A DNA stretch of 64,000 nucleotides from the IMG/VR virus record IMGVR_UViG_3300014947_000001; one strand, 5' to 3'. Position numbers and translations under genes: made by a program. The stretch comes from a virus. How positions within the stretch are numbered: the first letter of the stretch is position 1; every line of letters begins with the position of its first letter. The notes below the pieces were generated by a model that worked only from the letters and a program-made list of their open reading frames with translations, searched no databases and was not told the origin of the DNA. Shown here one piece after another: positions 20,253 to 29,924 of the stretch.

Positions 20253-20664
20253 AAGTAATACCATACGAATCATAATTATCTTGATAAGGAGAGACTAGGT
20301 TCAAATCCATAAAATTTGTTTGATGGATCATGCATCTGTAAAGATGCGGAATCTCGAAGCTTCGTTATTTAAACCTAACTCTCCAAATCGCGAATGATAA
20401 TGAACGATCAGTACTCCACCGGAGATGAATCGCGAATGAAAATGAGTGATCAGTACTCCGTAGGAGTTGATTCAAGCACACCACGAACCTAAAGCTTCGT
20501 GTGAACTTGATTTGTTCTGTACTTGATCGATATCACGTTTTAAACAGAATATATATATCACGAGAACTTGTTTCGAATGATTTATCCTCAGTAAGACGTC
20601 AACTCAATCGTACAGTTTCAAATACATACAACAATTAACAACACAAAGAAAGGATGTTAAAACC

Positions 20665-21141
20665 ATGAAAAGAAAATTTGTATCATTTCTCACAGGAGCA
20701 TTATTGCTCGCAACCGTACCAATGCAGACATTAGCAGCCGACGCTTCCGTCACAACCGTTGATGTAACACAGGCGGGAACTCAGACAGCAACCGTAACTT
20801 ATACTCAGGACAGTGCATTCACAGTTACGATTCCAAAATCAATTACACTGTCTAGTGCGAAAACAGCAACTTATGATGTCAAAGTAAAAGGCGATATCAA
20901 GAAATCAGAAAAGATCACAGTTACTCCGGATGCAACCGTATCTATGACAGATGCCAATGGTAAAGACGCCGTAGATGTTACAATCACACAGGCAGAGAAA
21001 GAGTTTGCAGCCGATAATGTAAATGCAACAGAAGGAAGCTCTACAACAGGTTCTGTTGACGGATCTAATCTTACAGCCGGTAGCTGGTCTGGAACATTAA
21101 ACTTTGCGATCGATAAAGTTGCCGCAACACAATTGCCGTAA
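20665..21141 (+). CDS. secreted protein carrying only the N-terminal domain of the LRR family
   Basis: Signal peptide; [18 protein letters not shown]...LTAGSWSGTLNFAID homologous to the N-terminal domains of 23296, 24829 and 35363. Confidence 0.6.
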   Translation: MKRKFVSFLTGALLLATVPMQTLAADASVTTVDVTQAGTQTATVTYTQDSAFTVTIPKSITLSSAKTATYDVKVKGDIKKSEKITVTPDATVSMTDANGKDAVDVTITQAEKEFAADNVNATEGSSTTGSVDGSNLTAGSWSGTLNFAIDKVAATQLP

Positions 21142-21162
21142 CCCAATAAGTTTGGTTGTCTA

Positions 21163-21198
21163 TGGACTCATCCACGTGATGGGTCCTTTTTCTTTGTG
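21163..21198 (+). terminator. rho-independent terminator
   Basis: ggactcatc-cacgt-gatgggtcc followed by tttttcttt. Confidence 0.55.
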
Positions 21199-21200
21199 TT

Positions 21201-21233
21201 TTCTGACGAGAAACCAATTTCCTGAGCCTTATT
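21201..21233 (+). promoter_or_regulatory. Family-1 motif
   Basis: ttctgacgagaaaccaatttcctgagccttatt. Confidence 0.5.
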
Positions 21234-21265
21234 GTTAATAGCATTTAAACAAGGAGGAACACATT

Positions 21266-21625
21266 ATGACACAGGAAGAACGTAATACAATTGCAGAAAA
21301 CATTTACACTCAAGAACTAAAGGAATTCATACAGTATATTATTTTATCAATTTTGCTATTCGTGGTCTATTCTGTACTGGCTATAATGAGCGCCTTTATT
21401 GCTATCCATAACCCAGACATATTTAAACCGTGGTTTTTTGCGATACCTGTAACCTGTGGTCCGGTTTATGTTCTTATAAAGCCAATCAATGATTGCAAGA
21501 TCGAAATACAGTACATAAAACTACTTCGCCAGACCATCAACACCAACGATTACGAAATCAAAGAAGTAACCGGAGAATATCAGCTCTTTGAAAAGGAAAC
21601 CGGTATTCAGATTACAATTCCGTGA
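21266..21625 (+). CDS. small membrane protein, tandem paralog 1
   Basis: RBS aacaaggaggaacacattATG; two transmembrane segments; its stop TGA lies inside the next Family-1 motif. Confidence 0.5.
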   Translation: MTQEERNTIAENIYTQELKEFIQYIILSILLFVVYSVLAIMSAFIAIHNPDIFKPWFFAIPVTCGPVYVLIKPINDCKIEIQYIKLLRQTINTNDYEIKEVTGEYQLFEKETGIQITIP

Positions 21626-21651
21626 CGAGTTTCCTGAGTTGTGAGCTTGTT
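21618..21651 (+). promoter_or_regulatory. Family-1 motif (variant: GTGACGAG...TGAGCTTGTT)
   Basis: tccgtgacgagtttcctgagttgtgagcttgtt. Confidence 0.4.
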
Positions 21652-21683
21652 CAATAGTAAACAAAGAGAAAGGAGTTCTTTGA

Positions 21684-22079
21684 ATGAACGAAAAAGACAA
21701 AGAAGTAATTGCAGAGAAAATATACAAGAAATCAGAGGAAAACAGAAAACGACACTTCGCGTTTTGGGTACTATTTTTAGCTGTCTTTTTAGCGTTGGCA
21801 GGTTATGGCGTTTACCTTGAGTATCGTGATCGCACAATTTGGGCTGCTGCTGTATTTGTTATCCTATATGTCTATGTTTTTGGAAATTATATTGTAAACC
21901 TCATCAACTACTACAAAACAGGGAAAGCAGCGACTGATAAACTCAGAGAAATTCTTGACAGTAAGAGTTATGATATTGTGAAGTTTTCGGAAATTGTAGA
22001 CTTCGATAACTTAAATATCAAACTCAACAATGTAACCGCACTTTTGGATACCGTTAATGGTACATATTATTTTGGTTAA
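21684..22079 (+). CDS. small membrane protein, tandem paralog 2
   Basis: RBS gaaaggagttctttgaATG; two transmembrane segments. Confidence 0.5.
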   Translation: MNEKDKEVIAEKIYKKSEENRKRHFAFWVLFLAVFLALAGYGVYLEYRDRTIWAAAVFVILYVYVFGNYIVNLINYYKTGKAATDKLREILDSKSYDIVKFSEIVDFDNLNIKLNNVTALLDTVNGTYYFG

Positions 22080-22100
22080 CAAGGAGGTCAACTGCTAATC

Positions 22101-23201
22101 ATGATGCCGATGCCACCACTTTTAATGAATTCGTTAACAACATCGAGCCGTGTTATGACATCGAATGGTCATCGTCGCCGTTCTCGTTCGTACGAAAATG
22201 ATAGTTCGTACGAAGATGATGATTCATACGAAGATGATGATTCATACGAAGATGATGATCCGGATGAAACACCCATGGATCTAAAAATATTAAACAGACT
22301 TGCTGTGTTTACCGGTAGGATTGCTTCGTTTTTTAATCGTATTTCTTTGTTTTTTACTCGCACATATTTAAACCGTCAGAAAAAACATGACGGAAAGGAA
22401 ACGAATAAAATGAGTAAAGAAATTGAAAACGAAAACAAACAGAACACAGAGCAGCAGGAACCGGAAATTAAGGCTCCAACAATCGAAAACGCAGATGTAG
22501 AAAACACAAGCACGGAGCCAGAGACTTCGGTTCCAAAACAGCCGGAGAGCCAAGATCAGTCAGAAGTAGACGCCGACTACAAGTATACCGAAGAAGATTT
22601 AAGGAAAGCAGGCTGTTCCGATATTCAGGATGCAACCGAAAATGTAGTTATCTCAGATCCGGCTTCAGAGTTTTCTGGAAACAAATCAGAAGACAAAGAA
22701 GAGAAGCCAGAGAAAAAGAAAACCATACGAAAGGTTGCTGCAGCAGTGATCGCAATCATCATTATCATCCTGTTATTACTTCTTAGATCATGTGGCGGCT
22801 GTGGTCCGGCAAACACACCGACGGCACCAAACAGACCAGACATTGAAATTGAAGGCGATAACAAGTGGGACGGAACCATTCAGGACCAGACTGAGACAGC
22901 GATCACAGAGTCTATTGAAATTCCTGAATACTCAAATCTAGGTGTATCAAAAGATAATCCGACGATTCGTCTTGGTAATCCGGAAGCGAACACTGTATAT
23001 CTGCAGTATCAGATCATAAAAGATGATGAAGTTATCTTTGAGACCAAAGCAATAAAACCTGGTAACATGGTAGAAGCGAATATGTATGAGTTGCTGGATG
23101 AAGGAAAAAACGAAGTCACTATTAGCATCAATACATATGATGTTGAAACGGAAACCGCTTGTAATGGAGCAACCCAGGCAGTAACGATTACTGTATATTA
23201 A
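22101..23201 (+). CDS. membrane protein with acidic SYEDDD repeats
   Basis: RBS acaaggaggtcaactgctaatcATG; (SYEDDD)x3; transmembrane segment ~aa 210; a Family-2 motif lies inside at 22359 (alternative start MSKEIENE at 22412). Confidence 0.45.
   Translation: MMPMPPLLMNSLTTSSRVMTSNGHRRRSRSYENDSSYEDDDSYEDDDSYEDDDPDETPMDLKILNRLAVFTGRIASFFNRISLFFTRTYLNRQKKHDGKETNKMSKEIENENKQNTEQQEPEIKAPTIENADVENTSTEPETSVPKQPESQDQSEVDADYKYTEEDLRKAGCSDIQDATENVVISDPASEFSGNKSEDKEEKPEKKKTIRKVAAAVIAIIIIILLLLLRSCGGCGPANTPTAPNRPDIEIEGDNKWDGTIQDQTETAITESIEIPEYSNLGVSKDNPTIRLGNPEANTVYLQYQIIKDDEVIFETKAIKPGNMVEANMYELLDEGKNEVTISINTYDVETETACNGATQAVTITVY
22359..22373 (+). promoter_or_regulatory. Family-2 motif internal to an ORF
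   Basis: tttctttgttttttactcgcacatatttaaacc followed by RBS-like ggaaaggaaacg and ATG at 22412. Confidence 0.35.
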
Positions 23202-23212
23202 AAATAGAGTGC

Positions 23213-23250
23213 TAATTAGGGCTCATCCAATGCGGTGAGCTCTTTTTGTA
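23213..23250 (+). terminator. rho-independent terminator
   Basis: gggctcatccaatgcggtgagctc followed by tttttg. Confidence 0.45.
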
Positions 23251-23295
23251 TTATGTGGTATGAATTCGGAAGTGGAGATATAGGAGGTTGTTTAT

Positions 23296-24711
23296 ATGAA
23301 ATGGAAAACATTAATAGGTTTATTTCTTTTTGCGATAACATTGATAGTGATATCTTTTGATGATACCACTATTTTTGCTGACGATACAGTAAACCAACCT
23401 CTGTTTACCATTACAATTCCAAAACAGCTTACGATTGATGCTGACAAATGCGTAGAATACCAGGTTTGCGTACACAGGAATAGAACCAATGCTGGTACAG
23501 TAACCGTTATCCCGGATACGGAAGTAGTGTTATCAGACAGTAAAGGAAAAGCTGACGTTACCGGACAAGTGGCTCAAGATCAGACGCAATTTGAGTTTGC
23601 AGCAGACGGAGCCGATGAACAGGTAACAAATGGAACTGTCACCGCAAATGACTTAACGGCAGGAGACTGGACTGGCGCTTTCAATTTTAAAATCGATATG
23701 CAGGAAACGAAAATTGGTGACGATATAACATTAACCAGTGACAATCTTGCAGTTTATAACATATCAACATCCGGCGACGTCGTAATTCCTGAGTATGTAA
23801 CAGATACCGGCGGAGTCAAACATAAGGTTACTTCTATTAATGAATATACTTTTGGCGGCTGTTCTGAAGTAACATCCATAACGATTCCGAAAAGTGTGAC
23901 ATCCATAGGTAATTGTGTAGTTTCTGATTGCGATAAATTGGTTTCAATTATTGTGGATTCTGAAAATCCTGTATACGATAGCAGAAACAATAGCAACGCA
24001 ATCATTGAAACTGAGACAAACCGATTAATACAGGGATGTAACACTACGGTTATTCCAGAAACCGTTACAACAATTGGGCAGTATTCATTTAGTTATTGTA
24101 ATTTACTCGCTACCATTTCAATCCCAGATAGTGTGAAATCTATTGAGAAAAGGGCTTTTGATTCTTGCGAGAATTTAACCTCAATCACAATACCAGACGG
24201 TGTGACAAGTATTGACAGTGATGCATTTGCATGGTGTTCCAATTTAACATCAATTTGTATTCCGAATAGCGTTACCCATTTAGGTGGCTATTTGTTTTAT
24301 AATTGCACGTCACTGACATCAGTAACGCTTCCAGAAAATATAGAATCGATTCCTGGTGGAACATTTGATGGATGTCAAAGTTTAGCATCCATTACAATTC
24401 CGAATAGTGTAACATCGATTGGAAGTGATGCGTTTTACGGTTGTAAACAATTGACATCTATAGATATCCCAAATTCGGTTACAATATTAGGTTCCTTCTC
24501 TATTGCAAATTGTACCGGATTAACATCTACTTCTATTCCGGATAATATTACTTCTATTGGAGAACGAGCATTTGGAAGCTGCACGAATCTTTCATCAGTT
24601 ACTTATAAAGGAAATACGTATACAAACAAAACTAATATTGAAACGGTACTTGCGGAAAATAATGTTGCTCTCGAAAACGTAATATTCGACAATACAGCAT
24701 TATCTGAATAA
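23296..24711 (+). CDS. BspA-type leucine-rich-repeat surface protein
   Basis: Signal peptide; family N-terminal domain; ~12 LRRs of the form L(T/A)SI.IP.SVTSIG..AF..C; ends YKGNTYT. Confidence 0.75.
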   Translation: MKWKTLIGLFLFAITLIVISFDDTTIFADDTVNQPLFTITIPKQLTIDADKCVEYQVCVHRNRTNAGTVTVIPDTEVVLSDSKGKADVTGQVAQDQTQFEFAADGADEQVTNGTVTANDLTAGDWTGAFNFKIDMQETKIGDDITLTSDNLAVYNISTSGDVVIPEYVTDTGGVKHKVTSINEYTFGGCSEVTSITIPKSVTSIGNCVVSDCDKLVSIIVDSENPVYDSRNNSNAIIETETNRLIQGCNTTVIPETVTTIGQYSFSYCNLLATISIPDSVKSIEKRAFDSCENLTSITIPDGVTSIDSDAFAWCSNLTSICIPNSVTHLGGYLFYNCTSLTSVTLPENIESIPGGTFDGCQSLASITIPNSVTSIGSDAFYGCKQLTSIDIPNSVTILGSFSIANCTGLTSTSIPDNITSIGERAFGSCTNLSSVTYKGNTYTNKTNIETVLAENNVALENVIFDNTALSE

Positions 24712-24764
24712 TGTTTTCATCAATAAAGTGGATTCTTCTTTTCGTTTCCTCTGTCCATGTTCAG

Positions 24765-24777
24765 ACCATATTTATCT
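24765..24777 (+). promoter_or_regulatory. Family-2-like motif
   Basis: gaccatatttatc ~50 nt upstream of the 24829 start. Confidence 0.35.
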
Positions 24778-24828
24778 TGTTACTCGTGAACAATTTATAC
24801 TGAACACAAAGAAAGGAAACGAAATATT

Positions 24829-26406
24829 ATGAAACGAAAAGCAGTGAGTTGTCTGCTTGTTCTGGCTGCGATCATGACGATGACGCCTACGATTCCAACA
24901 ATGGCAGCCGAAAACCCGGACAACACAACACAGGAAGCAACAACGACAGGAACTCAAGGAGCTACTATTACATATCAACAGGATTCCGCTTTTACCGTCA
25001 CCATTCCGAAGACGATCACATTAGGACAGAATAAGAGTGCAACCTATGGCGTCAAAGTAAAAGGTGACATTTCTGGGAATGAAACGGTTACCGTTACTCC
25101 TGATGCCACCATGCAGTTGACGGATTCGAATGGAAAGGCTGCGGTTACTGGAACAATTACTCAGGATGTTACAGAGTTTGCAGCCACAGAAGTGAATCTT
25201 CCAGATGGCAATAGTACAACTGGTAACATTGAAGCAAACGAACTTACGTCGGGAGACTGGTCAGGAAATTTTGAGTTTGCGATCGGTGTCAATAAAGAGT
25301 TAATCGCTGGACTTTATGACGCAGATGGAAAGATGGTTTGTACTTGGGAAGAGAGTGGAATCGATATCGAACAAGATTACACAGACTCATCTGGGAACAA
25401 TCCTTACACAACAACAACATCATCTGCTTATTATGTAATTACGAATAATTTTCCAACAGCTACATCTGTTGTTATCCCAGACGGTATCACCCACATTGGA
25501 AGTGAAAATTTTGATGGTTGTAAAAATATATCATCTATTGCGATTCCAGACAGCGTAACAAGTATTGGTAAATATGCATTCCAAGAAACAGGTATTACCA
25601 ATGTTGATATACCTGATAGTGTAACATCTTTTGGTGATGGTGTGTTTTGTAATTGCTCTAATCTTACAAATATTTCAATTCCAGAAGGTGTAACAAGTAT
25701 TGGATTTGGTGTATTTAAAGATTGCACTGGATTAACCTTAATTACAATACCAGACAGTGTAACAAGTATTGGAATTAGCACATTTAATAATTGTAACTCC
25801 TTAACATCCATTACGATACCAGATAGTGTAACAAGTATTGGAAATGCAGCTTTTTTTGGATGTGAAAAACTTGCAAATATCACAATCCCAGACAGTGTAA
25901 CAAGCATTGGACATCAAGCATTTAATGGTTGCAAAGGCTTAACATCCATTACAATACCAGATGTTGTAACAAGTATCGGGAGAGGCACATTTTGGGGATG
26001 TTCTAGCTTAAACTCAATCACAATACCAGACAGTGTGACAAGTATTAATAGTAATGCATTTAATGGTTGCAAAGGCTTAACATCCATTACAATACCAAAC
26101 GGTGTAACGAATATTGAAGGTGCCGCATTTAAAGGATGTTCAGCATTACCATCAATCACAATACCAGATGGCGTAACAAGCATTGGATATAGTGCATTTG
26201 AGGGTTGTAAAGGTTTAATATCTATTACAATACCAAACGGTGTAACGAATATTGGATATTATGCATTTAATAGTTGTTCAAACCTTGCATCTGTAACCTA
26301 TAAAGGACAGACCTACACAAGCATATCAGCACTAACAACAGCACTGAAAAATGATAAAGTAAAAATGGAATGGGATGTATTTAAAGGCACAGCCTTAACC
26401 AATTAA
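24829..26406 (+). CDS. BspA-type leucine-rich-repeat surface protein
   Basis: Signal peptide; N-terminal domain [17 protein letters not shown]; ~14 LRR units [11 protein letters not shown]; ends YKGQTYTS. Confidence 0.8.
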   Translation: MKRKAVSCLLVLAAIMTMTPTIPTMAAENPDNTTQEATTTGTQGATITYQQDSAFTVTIPKTITLGQNKSATYGVKVKGDISGNETVTVTPDATMQLTDSNGKAAVTGTITQDVTEFAATEVNLPDGNSTTGNIEANELTSGDWSGNFEFAIGVNKELIAGLYDADGKMVCTWEESGIDIEQDYTDSSGNNPYTTTTSSAYYVITNNFPTATSVVIPDGITHIGSENFDGCKNISSIAIPDSVTSIGKYAFQETGITNVDIPDSVTSFGDGVFCNCSNLTNISIPEGVTSIGFGVFKDCTGLTLITIPDSVTSIGISTFNNCNSLTSITIPDSVTSIGNAAFFGCEKLANITIPDSVTSIGHQAFNGCKGLTSITIPDVVTSIGRGTFWGCSSLNSITIPDSVTSINSNAFNGCKGLTSITIPNGVTNIEGAAFKGCSALPSITIPDGVTSIGYSAFEGCKGLISITIPNGVTNIGYYAFNSCSNLASVTYKGQTYTSISALTTALKNDKVKMEWDVFKGTALTN

Positions 26407-26427
26407 TCCCATACCCCTTATTCCAAG

Positions 26428-26460
26428 AAAAGTCACACATCAAAGTGTGGCTTTTCTTTA
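26428..26460 (+). terminator. rho-independent terminator
   Basis: aaaagtcacac-atcaa-agtgtggctttt followed by ctttat. Confidence 0.6.
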
Positions 26461-26502
26461 TGACCTACAATCATTCGTCAACAAACAGAAACTTTTCTCA
26501 TT

Positions 26503-26536
26503 TTCCTGACGAGTTTTCCAAAAAGTGAGCCTTGTA
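26503..26536 (+). promoter_or_regulatory. Family-1 motif
   Basis: ttcctgacgagttttccaaaaagtgagccttgta. Confidence 0.45.
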
Positions 26537-26600
26537 ATATTCGTAAACAACAATAGCCGTCATTCATCAGAGAAAACTCGTTTTAGTTTGCAAGCATGCG

Positions 26601-26613
26601 TACCATATTTAAT
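26601..26613 (+). promoter_or_regulatory. Family-2 motif
   Basis: gcgtaccatatttaatacg. Confidence 0.35.
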
Positions 26614-26635
26614 ACGTAAGCAAAATGATGAATGG

Positions 26636-27095
26636 AGACATCATGCGCAATACGAACTGAATACTTCTATTCTTGAGTATGTCAAGCCAGAAATTCGGAA
26701 CACATATGTGTTTCCTATCAGTTCACAATGCGCAAAGAGAATTACGAACAGGATACTTCTATTACATAATTGAAGGTTTGAGTAATGAAAGCTAGTAACT
26801 TTCATTTACTCATGTATGTGATAATACCCTTTATGGGTATCTTACCTGTTCACAAAACTATGGCTGCTGTTCGTTACGGCAGCTTTTCTCTTTTTGTTTA
26901 CAAGAAAACGTATTACTTTGTAAATCGCCCGCACATATTTAACTATGTAGAGGGGATTAAAATAATCGCACAAAGAAACTGGATACTTCTATTGGGTAAA
27001 TCCATACAACTGCTAATTGTATTTTCTTACATTGCAGAATTGCAGTGTAATACCAGTTCATATCAGCGAATAGAGATTACGAAATGGAATACTTC
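26636..27095 (+). repeat. four dispersed ~34-bp direct repeats (GCGCAA.AGA.TTACGAA..GGATACTTCTAT)
   Basis: Copies ending at ~26668, ~26760, ~26990 and ~27095 within an 860-bp non-coding region upstream of 27318. Confidence 0.6.
26931..26943 (+). promoter_or_regulatory. Family-2 motif
   Basis: tactttgtaaatcgcccgcacatatttaac. Confidence 0.4.
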
Positions 27096-27317
27096 TATAA
27101 AAACAATTGATGCTGGTCTTTTGACCTGCCATCAGAATTCTCGTGAAATGAGAACAGAATGTGAAGACCTAACATGGTTTTCGTGTTCTGATTGTGTAAT
27201 GTTCGAAAGAGCATGGTATCCATTCATATTCGGCTGCTGGTTTTTCTAGCAGCCTTTCTCTTTGTTAACTAATAATCATTCATACATATATCAAGCATAT
27301 CATGGAGGAAACTAATT

Positions 27318-29906
27318 ATGTTAAACGAAAAAGACCTTGTAACCAAATATCGTGAGACCATCTATCAGGAAACAGGCACGTGGATAATGCCTTCTGTTGA
27401 GATTAATGAAAATCCATCAGATCGCGCTATGCAGCTTGTTTTGTCTACAAACCGCAACCTTGAAACTTATGGACGTACCATGTCTCTTTCTCTTCTTGAT
27501 ACCATGGTTTCGCTTCCTGAGTCTGAGATCGTAAAAGAATGTCAGAAGCTTATGAAATCTGTGCGCGAATCCAGTCAGGCGGAAGCGTTCCAGAATGCTA
27601 CCGTATTTTATCCTGATTTCCCTGAACAGGTAATGGAAATGAGTGAAGTAGAGCAGTACATCAATCAGCTGGCAGAATATTTCAACCCGGATTTACGTCC
27701 AGAATTTGAAGCATCAGAACGTAATCCATTACTTGAAGACTTTAATCGTAACTTAAAACTGATCGAAACGGATAATTACTACCTGATCCATGAGACTATG
27801 CATGACCGTATGTTTTCGGCAGCTTCGTTATCAAAACCTAAAATGGAGACGTTGCTTAACTATATGCATGACACAAACGAATGGTTTTCATGGGTTTATG
27901 AGCAGGCTATTCCTAATCGAGAAAATAAGGCAGCCATTGCTTTCGACATCACAAAAAACAGTAACCTTACATCTCGTGCAAAAGATGATATGCTGCATAA
28001 ATTGGTTACCGAAGCAACTGATGTTCTTCGTCTGGCTGCAGAATTATCAAACGGAAAGACTCATACGGTAAAAAGCAAAGCGAAAGTATTTGTTTGGAAT
28101 CCGAAAAAGGGAGAAACTCGTGATAATGGACATCTGGAATGGCGTACAAAACGTAATCAGGAAACAATTGAGAATAAACCAGGTCTTGCCGGTAAGGTTT
28201 ACTTTAAATTATCACGTTCGGAAGCAAGAATGATGAATAGCCTTTTGGATAAGACGCACGATCTGTTTACTGCAGTCTGGCTTCGTCCTGATTTGTTTAA
28301 GACTTTTTCAAAATCCGTACCAAGAGATACCGTTTATTCTCGTTTACAGAAAGCGTACGATAATCTGTATTCCGGACAGAAGGTAAACGAGATTGGAGTG
28401 CCAATCGTATCACCTTATGCTGTCGTACAGAAAGCTTTAGACGCCGTTCGTTCTGGTGCCGATGATGCGCTTGCTTTGACCGAAAAGGCGGCACACGATT
28501 TTCCTGGCGTCTTCAATCGTAACTTCATTCAGTTTGCGGTTGCTGGAATCAAACATGATCAGTTACAGGCTATTTGTGATATTTATGCCGCAAACGCATA
28601 TGAAACACCGATCCGTGAGCAGTTAAAGCTGTATAACCTGGTTGACTTGTATGAAAAAGGACTTCCATATCGTGCCATTCACGTCGCAAAACTTGGTCGT
28701 TTCGTAAAAGAGGAAAGTACTTATCATTTTGCAGAAGACCAGGCGCAGATGATCAAAAAAGGAATCATTGATTCTGTTTCAAAACAGCTTCAGACTCATG
28801 ACAATTTAGGTCGCGTTTATATAGATCCGAATGTTGTGGACATGCTGCTTCCAGAAAACGGAGAGAGAAGCTCCTCAAAAGGTAGTTCCTTAACTTCTGG
28901 ATCCATTATGAAAGGCGACAAAAATTGCAATATCATCCGTCAGTTTATTGGCTGGCAGAATCAAAATCAGGAGCGTATTGATATTGACACCTCTGCTGCT
29001 TTCTATGATAAAGATTTAAACCTTATTACAGAATGCGCTTATTATGATCAGAAAGCATATGTGCAGAAAGATGATAAATCCAGAGATCTTGTCGCTATTC
29101 ATGGTGGTGATATCACAAGTGCACCTGTATTCTCAGCCGAATATATGGATATCGATAAGCAGAAATGTAGGGAAGCGGGTATCAAGTATATGGTATTGTC
29201 AGTGAATAGTTACAGCAATGTTCCATACAATAAACTTGATGTCGTAAAATTCGGATTCATGCAGAGACAAGGTTCTTTAGATCCAAATGTATGGCATGAC
29301 AAATGGAATGAGTTTAATGGTCAGATTTTTGAACCATCTACCGTAGAAGCACTCATTGACCTTAACTCCGAATCAACAGCAACGGTTCCTCTTATCTATG
29401 ATGTCGAAAAGGACGAATTTATCTGGGTAGACAAACCATTGGAACACGAAAAAGGACTCCAGAATATTGCAAACGTAGCATATATGAACGCAACGGAAGC
29501 TTTGATTCACCGGTATACAAACAACTATACACCATCACTTGGTGACTTGGTTGCAGCTTATGTATGCGCTGGTAAAGCAACAGAAGTTTTTGAACCTACA
29601 GAAGCTGATATGATCTTTACCATGAAACCGGAACTGTATACAGAGAACAAAGAGCTGCCGTTACAACCGGATGCTAAGGTCGTTTCCACAAATGACTTCG
29701 ATTACATCGCATCCGAACTTATGGCAGCAGGTAAAAAGGAACCGGATATCGAACATATCGCTGGAGACATGAGCATTTCCGGACCGAGAGATGAACATAT
29801 AGCTGGTGACATGAATGTTTCTGAGTTCCGTCAGGACGCTAATGATACCGGTTTCTATTCGGAAGAGAATGTAGAACCGGATGATATTGGCGATATCGTA
29901 GACTAA
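27318..29906 (+). CDS. large protein with a C-terminal TerD-like domain
   Basis: RBS catggaggaaactaattATG; 862 aa; residues ~530-680 (IGWQNQ..IDIDTSAAF..AIHGGDIT..YMVLSVNSYS..FGFMQ) align to the TerD fold but lack GDGDDE. Confidence 0.55.
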   Translation: MLNEKDLVTKYRETIYQETGTWIMPSVEINENPSDRAMQLVLSTNRNLETYGRTMSLSLLDTMVSLPESEIVKECQKLMKSVRESSQAEAFQNATVFYPDFPEQVMEMSEVEQYINQLAEYFNPDLRPEFEASERNPLLEDFNRNLKLIETDNYYLIHETMHDRMFSAASLSKPKMETLLNYMHDTNEWFSWVYEQAIPNRENKAAIAFDITKNSNLTSRAKDDMLHKLVTEATDVLRLAAELSNGKTHTVKSKAKVFVWNPKKGETRDNGHLEWRTKRNQETIENKPGLAGKVYFKLSRSEARMMNSLLDKTHDLFTAVWLRPDLFKTFSKSVPRDTVYSRLQKAYDNLYSGQKVNEIGVPIVSPYAVVQKALDAVRSGADDALALTEKAAHDFPGVFNRNFIQFAVAGIKHDQLQAICDIYAANAYETPIREQLKLYNLVDLYEKGLPYRAIHVAKLGRFVKEESTYHFAEDQAQMIKKGIIDSVSKQLQTHDNLGRVYIDPNVVDMLLPENGERSSSKGSSLTSGSIMKGDKNCNIIRQFIGWQNQNQERIDIDTSAAFYDKDLNLITECAYYDQKAYVQKDDKSRDLVAIHGGDITSAPVFSAEYMDIDKQKCREAGIKYMVLSVNSYSNVPYNKLDVVKFGFMQRQGSLDPNVWHDKWNEFNGQIFEPSTVEALIDLNSESTATVPLIYDVEKDEFIWVDKPLEHEKGLQNIANVAYMNATEALIHRYTNNYTPSLGDLVAAYVCAGKATEVFEPTEADMIFTMKPELYTENKELPLQPDAKVVSTNDFDYIASELMAAGKKEPDIEHIAGDMSISGPRDEHIAGDMNVSEFRQDANDTGFYSEENVEPDDIGDIVD

Positions 29907-29924
29907 AATTATGGAAGACGAAGA

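Noticed and set aside
20290-20312. tRNA T-arm-like GGTTCAAATCC suggesting a tRNA or att-site remnant
   Set aside because: Flanking bases cannot form a T-stem (only 2 bp) and no acceptor stem or CCA context is present
25431-26183. Minus-strand ORFs 25431-25907 and 25914-26183
   Set aside because: Antisense to the LRR repeat region of 24829-26406; periodic repeats create open antisense frames
26525-27249. ORFs 26525-26773 and 26785-27249
   Set aside because: They start inside or overlap Family-1/Family-2 motifs and the 34-bp direct repeats, have no RBS, and have odd composition; the region is more consistent with regulatory DNA
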